In this document: positions 47,001 through 54,704 of the stretch, piece by piece
How the letters are laid out: the number at the start of each line of letters is the position of its first letter
Numbering within the stretch: the first letter of the stretch is position 1
IMG/VR virus record: IMGVR_UViG_3300022921_000002
Coordinates: 1-64,000 of that record
Direction: 5' to 3' (one strand)
Length of the DNA: 64,000 nt
Translations under genes and position numbers: made by a program
The notes under the pieces: model-generated
Databases searched by the model: none
Seen by the model: the letters and a program-made list of their open reading frames with translations, nothing else
What the model was told of the DNA's origin: nothing

Positions 47001-49508
47001 TTCTTTTGGTGTTAGTGCAGGCAATCCTGGTACAACAACTTTTGAAATTTGTAGTTGGTCAGGAGCAATTCTAGGTGGCACAGGGCTTTCTTCCTCAGTA
47101 CCTAAGATGTAATCAAATCGCCCAAATGAGTCCACGGCTATAACGTCTATACGTGCCATGTAGTGCTCAATATCACAGGTAATTGAATTGCCATTAGATG
47201 GAGTAATGAATGTGGATCCAGTAAAGGTTACAGAGGTGTCATCCACTATACCAGAGATAGTTGGTGCACCGCCTGGCAAAGTCTGAGTATATAGAGCATT
47301 TGGGTTCTTATCGACATAAGGTCTAAAGTCAAAACATTCTCTTAGATTATATACTCTTCCGTTATTTGCACGGTATACTGGAATTTTATTTGATCTATAT
47401 GAAGTGGATGGCAAATCAGCGTCAGGAGTTGTATCATCAATTCCACCATAACTATTAACGGTAAAGTAATATTCACCTGATGCGTTATTTAGTTGGAATA
47501 CTTTTAATTTGATTACAATGTCACCTGCTGGCGGTTTTGGACGACCAGGAATATATTCCATATAAGATATGTCATAATAACTATCTTTTTGATTTGTTTT
47601 CAGACGGAAACTGTTTGTGTAATCATCACCGTTTGTTGAGTCGGCAATAGAAACAATTTCATATACGTCAGGAAAACCTAATGTGTATTTTGAAGTTGAT
47701 GTAGAATAAGTAACTTTAATATACGGTTCAACTGAAAGCTTTGAGTGATTTCCTGCCAATTGAATTCTTTTATTAAAATAAACAGTACAGTCACCAGTTG
47801 GTGTAGTATTCAAGGCAATTACGAGATTGCTGTCATTAACTGTTGTGGTTGTACCGCCAACAAGAATACGAGTATTTGTGCTATCAACAACTACAACGTC
47901 ATCATTGTTACAGTTAAAATCATCACTAGGACCTGCAGGAATAGTAATTGTTGTTCCTGTTGGTGTAACACTTGATTCTTTAACACGGCGAGGAATTGAC
48001 ATATCAGTTATTTCTTTCAAACTGAATGTGCCTGTATCAAAAATCATCGGTGCTTGTTTTTGACCTTTAATTGTTGAACCTGCGGCAATTCCGATATATC
48101 CTGTTCCACTCGAAATTCTTTCAACGTCGGCAAATGTTTTTGCGGCATTTGTAATTCTTACACCGAAAATATATGCGCGGTCAGGTGTTAAGTTACGAAC
48201 AAAACATTCACCGATTGTTGCACCTGTTCCGTCTTGGAGGTTGCTTGTGGTAAAGTCAATATCAAGAACACCGGTAATAGAAGTAACATCAACATAGTTA
48301 CCATAATTCATTCCAACCGGTTCGTTTTGTTGAATTGTTGTTGAAGTGATTGGAGGAATTGTGAATTCTCTTTCACCTGCGTTTTCAACTCTAAATCCTT
48401 TAACATATGCAACACCTGGGCTAACCAAAGCCTTAAGAAGGTTTTCTTCAGCATCAACGTCATATCGACGGTCGGGTTTTACGATGAATTTTTCAGCAAC
48501 ATAGTTACCTGACTCTTCATATGTTCGGCGAGCCATTTCTTCACCCAATACATTGAACTGAGTTACATCTCTAAGCTCAATTGCGTTACCTGTTTCATAA
48601 CGGATTAGTGTGAAAAAGTCAGAGTCAATATCTGCAGTAGCAGTTGTGAGTGCAACCAAATCAGGTACAAGTTTTAATCTATCAGCACCAGGTGCGTTTT
48701 CATTTCTTGATCCGTTTGCATTATCATATAGTGTAGGATCTTGTAAGAATGAAATAAGTTCTTCATCAACTTTAAAACCAACATTAACATTATTAGGAAA
48801 TCTTGAATATTTTTCAACAACTAATGTTTGCTGAGTTGTAAACAAGAAATGACCTTTTTGGAAAATAATACCAGGTGATGCTTTCAAACCAAACGATTTA
48901 CCAACTGGGGTAAATCCTGCGCCGGCTACACTGATTGTATCAACAAGTGTCGGGCCAGGTTCAGTTGGGTGAGGTGCACCGCCAACAGTTTTTGAACGGT
49001 AAATGGAAAGTGTTTCACCAGCATTGAATTGCTTGATAGTATTAGCGGAGTTAGCCAAATCTTCCGTTGTGTTTAAGTAATTAACAAAGAAAGTATTTAG
49101 ATCAGGTGGACGAGTTGTATAACCAATTTGTGCCGAAACGATTTCAGCCTCCAGGCTTGTAGTACCACCTGTTACCGTATATACAACATCAACAAGTGTT
49201 TTAACACCTGAGATTGTTTCTTCTACTGTTCCGCTAATAAAATCTGTTGGAGTAAAACTCGGTTTCTCACCAAGCTTAACAAATTCCAATGCATCCAATT
49301 GTGTAAAGTTACAACCTTTAATGATTGAACCTTCTTTATAGATGTTATCACCAAATTGTTCAATCTGATTTTGCAAGATTGTTTGAAGCTGTATTAGCTC
49401 TCTTGCTTGAACCGCATATGCGGGTTTAAACAAAACTCTATAGAATTGATTCTCCTGGTCGAAGTCATCGAAGTATGGAGAAATGTTTAAATTTGTATTA
49501 ATTGGCAT
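44049..49508 (-). CDS. vrlC: VrlC-like (DUF4815) large virion structural protein
   Basis: NISPYFDDFD...FYRVLFKPAYAVQARELIQLQTILQNQIEQFG..IYKEGS; APGADRLK; RRTYEESGNY; RFKNGYIVD; DPLAQTF; SKIDLYFKKK; YQDEDLKFTLYR. Confidence 0.85.
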   Translation of the reverse strand: MPINTNLNISPYFDDFDQENQFYRVLFKPAYAVQARELIQLQTILQNQIEQFGDNIYKEGSIIKGCNFTQLDALEFVKLGEKPSFTPTDFISGTVEETISGVKTLVDVVYTVTGGTTSLEAEIVSAQIGYTTRPPDLNTFFVNYLNTTEDLANSANTIKQFNAGETLSIYRSKTVGGAPHPTEPGPTLVDTISVAGAGFTPVGKSFGLKASPGIIFQKGHFLFTTQQTLVVEKYSRFPNNVNVGFKVDEELISFLQDPTLYDNANGSRNENAPGADRLKLVPDLVALTTATADIDSDFFTLIRYETGNAIELRDVTQFNVLGEEMARRTYEESGNYVAEKFIVKPDRRYDVDAEENLLKALVSPGVAYVKGFRVENAGEREFTIPPITSTTIQQNEPVGMNYGNYVDVTSITGVLDIDFTTSNLQDGTGATIGECFVRNLTPDRAYIFGVRITNAAKTFADVERISSGTGYIGIAAGSTIKGQKQAPMIFDTGTFSLKEITDMSIPRRVKESSVTPTGTTITIPAGPSDDFNCNNDDVVVVDSTNTRILVGGTTTTVNDSNLVIALNTTPTGDCTVYFNKRIQLAGNHSKLSVEPYIKVTYSTSTSKYTLGFPDVYEIVSIADSTNGDDYTNSFRLKTNQKDSYYDISYMEYIPGRPKPPAGDIVIKLKVFQLNNASGEYYFTVNSYGGIDDTTPDADLPSTSYRSNKIPVYRANNGRVYNLRECFDFRPYVDKNPNALYTQTLPGGAPTISGIVDDTSVTFTGSTFITPSNGNSITCDIEHYMARIDVIAVDSFGRFDYILGTEEESPVPPRIAPDQLQISKVVVPGLPALTPKEAAREGKKQYAIKMSSKTVENYTMRDIKSIEKRLEAMEYYIQLNQLETETTNLLITDENGLTRFKNGYIVDPLNNLDLANVQDNEFNASVPFDKKQLQPAVRTFPLDLRLKSTSSASVFPNTDEPEAATLSRDSHISVIKQPYASGFRNAVSNFYKYVGLGDLFPAFDSVQDTVADPVSIDINLVSPFADFLENVQQFIPLTGSIDTGRILREVGGDNNWFPTQVAEVRTWELSATESVVQSDVGEFASNVEFNPFMRSRDVNVYMAGLRPNTRHYFFFDAVDVNAHVFPGTSSNSARAVNRYGAKGDPVVSDANGVIRAVFSIPSETFYCGDRSLEVVDVDTYSEIGSGATSIGTLSYHAWNINVEKTTLTQSTRVPATVGTASMTERNLARRPRPRPEPSDDDDPRPTPPGIRGVDWDPLAQTFFIKGGMGRGSGTIFASKIDLYFKKKSTTQGVTVMLREVVNGYPSTSIIPFSKIHLNPEDVNISDDSSVATTIDFTAPVRLDVEKEYSVVIMPDGCDPNYLLFTSKVGGTDLTPGATNGQAIVQDWGDGVLFTSTNNKAWQSYQDEDLKFTLYRHNFSAATGSITLTQDANEFFTLTTWNGTFKQGERVYREMTISGSTGTQINIPVGSNILTGTTLTDTYNNGDFILVTDTGGGNIDIFEVVSVDSDTQITLNKPSTIIRTNHFHKPVVTGVVSYYNPFEPNLLYLRSSNASGVRIFGTGSTILGLDSGTEATISTVDNVTVSYIQPMIYRSNDTETTTSISGSFVDATNTLNNYTLPMRFGASNHFTNKGNIIYSKSNDTANSRPFDMTISMTNNNNTTSSPFIDLDGSSVIAYQYKITNTEDTSKYVSKTIELKEDLDAEDMEVFVTGYRPAGSDIKLYIKPQNQYDPASFENADWIEMELFEGVGSFSSSANLNDFREFKYRVPATAKNGSGVLEYTNTAGTFTGYRKFAIKIELRSPNQYSVPFVKDYRGIALT

Positions 49509-49521
49509 ATGTTTATCTCTC

Positions 49522-51156
49522 TTAGAATTGCAAGACCAGTTTATATTCTTCTCTTGAAGCGGCGGATCTATTTAATGGAATAATATCTTCCATAAAGTAT
49601 ACTTCGCCTGATCTTTGAACATAATCGGATGTTATTACATTATCGGCTGTCGGAGTATTTATATTAATTGTCTGGCCGGACGAAGTGAACAAAGGTAATG
49701 ATGTGTCTAATGATACCGATGTTCCTGGCTGGTTTTCATATGCGCCCATATACTCTGAAATATAAATCGTGTTGGCAGTATTATCAACTTCATGGACTTT
49801 ACCGACAAATACAGTTTCTTGACTGTTATTAACTTGTGTTAGTGTATCATTAACAACGGCGGCAGGCCATTGGTCAGATACAATAGAAATCCTGTTATCA
49901 AATATTGACGGCGCAGTATATGACGGATCAGTGTTTGCCCACTCAGGGTTTTTAACCACACCGATATATGAATAACTATTTGTTGCGCCGATTTGGGTAT
50001 TATCTGTTTCTGTGATATATCCGTAAAGTAATACGTGGCGGGAATGCAGTTCGTTAAGGAAGTTCGTTGCGTGCCCATTTGTTGGTGACAAGATCGGTCT
50101 TAGTTCCGCACGAACATCAATAGATAAAGCATCCTCAGGTTCAAAGTCATATAATGGATCAACAACTCTTGCTGATATACTATTATATCCTGAACCTGCT
50201 TCAATAATGTTAATTTTCGTAATTGAGTTATTTACAATTGTTGGGATTGCTGCTGCACCTGTTCCATCACCATTGATTTCAATCTTTGGGAATATTTGAA
50301 AACTTGCTGAATCAACAACACCGTCAAATTTTGGATCACCTACAACAAAAACTGTTGCTTTTTGTGTTGAAGCATTATATGAATAAGATCCAATATCATA
50401 CAAAAAGCTTTGGCCGTTAATGTTAGTAATGTAAATTGCCATGCCCGCATAATAATCTGCGATTTCCTGTAATGTTGTACCTGTTATAATAAGTTCACCC
50501 GCTGATAAAACACCATCTTCAGCAATAACACCATTTTCATATGGATAGCCGTAATTTCCTACAATATTTTCAACAAAGATTTGGTCAACCTTTGATCCCG
50601 TATCAACATATGACGCATTTGCAGTTGGGTCAACATCAAAGTCACCCATAATAGGAATATAACCGACCGCGTTATATGCTTCAAACTCTGATTGTGTTAG
50701 TGAATACATAAATTTCCATACATAACCGTCAGCAGTTTCATAAATTTGATTTGGTGTAGCTGCTGAATAGTTTGGTGGGGTGTCAACTTCACTAAGTTCG
50801 TTATTATATAGGCATTTATAAATTCTATAATCACCTGTATCATTACTTGTCGGACCAACAACGGCGTAAAACTTTTCACCGTCAAGGTTAACACGGTCAT
50901 CGTATTGAATATAAGTTTGACCTTTTTGCCAAGGATAATATTTAATTAAATATTTTACGTCATCGTTACTAATTTGTTTACCGAATAGTGTTTTTTCAAG
51001 AAATAAGTTTTTATTATATTGTGAGTCGACCGCGGACAACCTATTAAGCCCAGTTGTAACTGAGGAAACAAAAATATAAAAATCATTTGCCTGAATGTCG
51101 TCTTTAAACAACCTCAGTGTATCGGTATTTAAATTTGTTGTAAGTACTTCTGACAT
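49522..51156 (-). CDS. gp8: Baseplate wedge subunit gp8
   Basis: LFGKQI..DDVKYLIKYYPWQKG..Y..YDD; YRIYKCLYNN; YETADGYVWKFMYSL; SGEVYFMED..PLNRS...EEYKLVLQF. Confidence 0.85.
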   Translation of the reverse strand: MSEVLTTNLNTDTLRLFKDDIQANDFYIFVSSVTTGLNRLSAVDSQYNKNLFLEKTLFGKQISNDDVKYLIKYYPWQKGQTYIQYDDRVNLDGEKFYAVVGPTSNDTGDYRIYKCLYNNELSEVDTPPNYSAATPNQIYETADGYVWKFMYSLTQSEFEAYNAVGYIPIMGDFDVDPTANASYVDTGSKVDQIFVENIVGNYGYPYENGVIAEDGVLSAGELIITGTTLQEIADYYAGMAIYITNINGQSFLYDIGSYSYNASTQKATVFVVGDPKFDGVVDSASFQIFPKIEINGDGTGAAAIPTIVNNSITKINIIEAGSGYNSISARVVDPLYDFEPEDALSIDVRAELRPILSPTNGHATNFLNELHSRHVLLYGYITETDNTQIGATNSYSYIGVVKNPEWANTDPSYTAPSIFDNRISIVSDQWPAAVVNDTLTQVNNSQETVFVGKVHEVDNTANTIYISEYMGAYENQPGTSVSLDTSLPLFTSSGQTININTPTADNVITSDYVQRSGEVYFMEDIIPLNRSAASREEYKLVLQF

Positions 51157-51177
51157 TTGTTCACTTCCACTTTTTCT

Positions 51178-51185
51178 TATTTATA
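51178..51185 (-). promoter_or_regulatory. T4-type late promoter TATAAATA
   Basis: Exact TATAAATA 22 nt upstream of the gp8 start. Confidence 0.75.
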
Positions 51186-51195
51186 TACAATTGGC

Positions 51196-53739
51196 TTATC
51201 CTCTTTTCCTAACTCGACCGCGTGGCCATACAATGGAGGCCGACGGTCTTGTTTTGAAATTTACCACTGGAAATGACTTCCCAGACACAGGTCTTTGATT
51301 AATCCAACGTAAAATTTTATTAGGTGCACCTTGAAGGCTATCGGTATCCATTGGATCATCTGTCTCACTATCAAACATCTCATCGTATGTTGAAACTGTG
51401 TCCAACCAAGCTTGTGCTTCTGTTTGTGTCATATTAGGATCTTGTTGAGCAAGTATAGCTAAAACACCTGCAACTTGCGGCCCTGACATACTTGTCCCCT
51501 GATATTTACCAAGCCTATAAGTACTGTTTCTGGCATCAGCACCATAACCAGTGTGCAATGATGATTGAATAGCTTCACCTGCAGCAAAGATATCAACCTG
51601 ACTTCCACAGTTTGAAAAGATTGCTTTATCTTCAGCTACGTTATTTGACATTGCGCCTACGTTAATTGCATTAGCAAATCCTGCAGCTGATCCTGTGCCT
51701 CGGTGTAGATACCAAAAATAATTAGAGCCATTGTAAGTCATATAATATGTGTTATTATAATCTTGATCTGTAGATTTAACTGTTTTCCATGCATCATTAC
51801 CTGCCGAGCAAACAACTATAATTCCATCATCAATTGCGTCTTGTATATCAGCAAACCTTGATGTGAAATAGTTCGGTATAGCAAAACCTGATGTTGATGA
51901 AGCATAAAAACCGCGGGCCTGCAATTCTGCAGCAGTTAAATCACGCCCAGGATTAAAATCAACACCACGGAAATTAACACGAGTTACTAAACCTGTAGTA
52001 TAATCTCCTGAATAACCAACTTCAATTGATGATCCATAACTGTGATTTGATATTGTTGGATTTTTTCTACCTGTTGCAGGATTGATTGGTTTTGAATTAT
52101 GCCATTCTCTCATATAATCCCAAATATTTATGCCGCCGTTTGGGTTTGTGCTATATGGGCTGATGTTATAGATATTAGCATCTCTGGCCCAGCCCTGAGT
52201 ATTACCAGCAACTGTTCCTGCACAGTGGCAGCCATGGTTATTATCTTGTCTATCCGCGGAATCTGTATAGGAGCCTGATCTAGGATAATCGTAAGTTCCG
52301 GAACCACCGTAATCAAACCAATTTATCTGCTTTATTCTTGGTGCACCGTTTGCTGCTGGTGTATAATATGAAGGACCGGTATCATTATCCCTAAAAATAT
52401 CTCTTAAAACAACAAAGTCTGGTTTACTTAACACTGGTTCAAAATATGATTTAAATAAGGCGTACCCTTTCGGATTATTAGTTAACATTCCAGATGGAGT
52501 TTTTACTGAGTCAGACCATTCCGGTGACAGTGATCCGCCATCCCAAAAAGTACTCATATCCCACATTGACCAGTTAATTAAATACATATATTCTTTATAA
52601 GCTACCTCAGCTGCCTCATCTACTGTTGCCCAATCAGGGGCATAATCAGACGGATCAAAAAATCCGCCATCAATAGCTTCTTTCATAGCAAGGTGCAATT
52701 CTGTTGTTTGCCAATTAACATTATTAGTTGCTAACCAATTCACAGCTGTTTCAGATCCCGGCACCGCACCCATAATACCAAACAAATGTATTGTGTGCAT
52801 AAGATGTTCTACAAGTTCTTCAATATCTCTATCACCAACCGACGGGCTTGGCCCGCTAATATTAGCATACCAAACCATATCGTTATGTACGTGGTTATCT
52901 AAAAAATCTACGTATCCTGTATACTGTGCAGCGCCTACATCTGTTAAAAAGTTTGGACTATATTCAGAACCACCACCGTATGCAATTCTTTGAACGGCAG
53001 GAAGTCCTGCGTGTATAGTTCCTGTATCGCCTTGTAATGTTTTAATTAAATTGATTTGATGGTCTACATTAATAAGAGGATATGTTGGATCAATTAACAA
53101 TGTTACCATTTTGGCAGTTTTTTCTGCCCACATATCAGGTACTGCGGTTTGACCTCCAACTGCGCCCGCAACAACCATCTTTAAACCACGAGCTGTTATT
53201 TGTCTATCAAATACTGCACCATTTGAACTATTATTTGCTAAAGACGTGTCAACATAATCTGAAACGGTATTTGTCTGAGCAAACTCTGGATGCGCAGGAT
53301 CAATATGACCGTCTACAATTACAACATCAACATTTTTACCTGAGGAAGTAATTTCTACATCATCAACTATAAGGCTTGTCCCAGGATCACCCCAATTGCT
53401 TCTATTCAATTCTTCAACGTGCCGTAGCAAACCCCAGTTAGTGTCACCACTATCAGTATTCCAGTCCTTGGCAAAATCACCGTTAGTAATTTTATATGCT
53501 GGTTTTGTTGTAAAGTCAATCAATTCTTTTAAGTCGAGATCCCAAACTCTTGGATCTTGTCGGATCAAATCAACTTCATCATCTTCAAGCATATAATGCG
53601 TGTTCCGACTAATTGGCCTTTTATCAGAACACTCAACAGCGCGCCCAGGAATATAAAGTTTACCTCCTGGCGTTTCCATATCATTATAGAAATCTTCAAG
53701 GTCTTCTTTATTATGAAGCGTGATAATCCACTCTTTCAT
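51196..53739 (-). CDS. Subtilisin-family (S8) serine peptidase with a ~300-aa inserted domain
   Basis: Catalytic triad motifs DVVIVDG (Asp), HGCHCAGTVAG (His) and GTSMSGPQVAG (Ser); oxyanion-hole SAGND; N-terminal prodomain-like segment. Confidence 0.88.
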   Translation of the reverse strand: MKEWIITLHNKEDLEDFYNDMETPGGKLYIPGRAVECSDKRPISRNTHYMLEDDEVDLIRQDPRVWDLDLKELIDFTTKPAYKITNGDFAKDWNTDSGDTNWGLLRHVEELNRSNWGDPGTSLIVDDVEITSSGKNVDVVIVDGHIDPAHPEFAQTNTVSDYVDTSLANNSSNGAVFDRQITARGLKMVVAGAVGGQTAVPDMWAEKTAKMVTLLIDPTYPLINVDHQINLIKTLQGDTGTIHAGLPAVQRIAYGGGSEYSPNFLTDVGAAQYTGYVDFLDNHVHNDMVWYANISGPSPSVGDRDIEELVEHLMHTIHLFGIMGAVPGSETAVNWLATNNVNWQTTELHLAMKEAIDGGFFDPSDYAPDWATVDEAAEVAYKEYMYLINWSMWDMSTFWDGGSLSPEWSDSVKTPSGMLTNNPKGYALFKSYFEPVLSKPDFVVLRDIFRDNDTGPSYYTPAANGAPRIKQINWFDYGGSGTYDYPRSGSYTDSADRQDNNHGCHCAGTVAGNTQGWARDANIYNISPYSTNPNGGINIWDYMREWHNSKPINPATGRKNPTISNHSYGSSIEVGYSGDYTTGLVTRVNFRGVDFNPGRDLTAAELQARGFYASSTSGFAIPNYFTSRFADIQDAIDDGIIVVCSAGNDAWKTVKSTDQDYNNTYYMTYNGSNYFWYLHRGTGSAAGFANAINVGAMSNNVAEDKAIFSNCGSQVDIFAAGEAIQSSLHTGYGADARNSTYRLGKYQGTSMSGPQVAGVLAILAQQDPNMTQTEAQAWLDTVSTYDEMFDSETDDPMDTDSLQGAPNKILRWINQRPVSGKSFPVVNFKTRPSASIVWPRGRVRKRG

Positions 53740-53743
53740 ATTC

Positions 53744-54673
53744 TTAACTCTCCAATTGAAGAACAGTTAATGTAACTGCGACATTTTCAGTACCACCTGA
53801 TTTGTTTGTAACCGTGGCATAGATATCTGTACCTGTTGAACAATAACCAATAACTGCAGGGCCAAAATCTACTTTCTGTCCCGAGGTTGTAATTACCTCG
53901 GCAATAACCCCAGCATCTGGTGCAGGATCGGTATTGATAGTTCTAGTTGAATCTGATGAACGCGCAGTCGTGTCGATATATAATCTAACCCATGCCGCGT
54001 GAGATGTTTCAATTGAGTATAATGCATAGCCTTTAAATCCACTTATAGTTAAATTTGCTGTTGCTTCATCTGCAAGTGATGATGCCGTTGCAGCTTTTGT
54101 TGTTCTTGTTTGTAGTGAACTACCGCCACCACCAAGATCTTCAGCATTTGCGAGTTCAACCCACGCACCGGCATGAGCATAGTATGCTGCGCCTGTACCG
54201 TGTACGTGAGCAAACATACCGTGGTATGAACTTGCATTTGGTAAATCATTTACCGCATCATAGACGTTACCAAATAATACTTTGTTCCCGCCCATATCCA
54301 AATCAGCACCAACGACCGCGGCAATTGCATCAGAGTCAGTATAAGTTGAACCGCCACCACCTGTTTGGTTAACGAATGTAAATGTTCCGTTTCCATCCGT
54401 GGAAAGTACTTGGTTTGCTGTTCCGTCGGTAATACCTAAACTCAAAAGTCCCAATGTTTGGAACGTGAAATTTGCACCACCGTTTGTTGTTAATACTTGG
54501 CCGTTTGTTCCGTCAGTAATACCCAACCCTGTTAATGATGTTGGGACAACAATATCATCCAGTCCATCATATAACTCAGTAAAGTTGCTATTAGTTTTTT
54601 GGAACGCGGTCCTTAAAATATCACCTGTTCCGTCATTGGCGCTTGCGCCGACGCCGATAATTTGCTTGACCAT
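53744..54673 (-). CDS. Baseplate/fibre protein with a gp9/gp10-like N-terminal attachment motif
   Basis: KQIIGVGASANDGTGDILRTAFQKTNSNFTELY; two copies of LGITDGTxxQVLxTxGxxxFTF; His-rich YHGMFAHVHGTG..YYAH segment. Confidence 0.65.
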   Translation of the reverse strand: MVKQIIGVGASANDGTGDILRTAFQKTNSNFTELYDGLDDIVVPTSLTGLGITDGTNGQVLTTNGGANFTFQTLGLLSLGITDGTANQVLSTDGNGTFTFVNQTGGGGSTYTDSDAIAAVVGADLDMGGNKVLFGNVYDAVNDLPNASSYHGMFAHVHGTGAAYYAHAGAWVELANAEDLGGGGSSLQTRTTKAATASSLADEATANLTISGFKGYALYSIETSHAAWVRLYIDTTARSSDSTRTINTDPAPDAGVIAEVITTSGQKVDFGPAVIGYCSTGTDIYATVTNKSGGTENVAVTLTVLQLES

Positions 54674-54696
54674 CTCTATCTCCTATAGCTTTATGC

Positions 54697-54704
54697 TATT
54701 TATC
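54697..54704 (-). promoter_or_regulatory. T4-type late promoter variant (GATAAATA)
   Basis: GATAAATA overlapping the gp7-like stop codon, 24 nt upstream of the 309-aa gene, followed by an AGGAG RBS. Confidence 0.5.

Noticed and set aside
52350-53275. Intein or intron explanation for the S8 insertion
   Set aside because: There is no N-terminal Cys/Ser block or C-terminal His-Asn, no LAGLIDADG or HNH motif, and the frame is uninterrupted.
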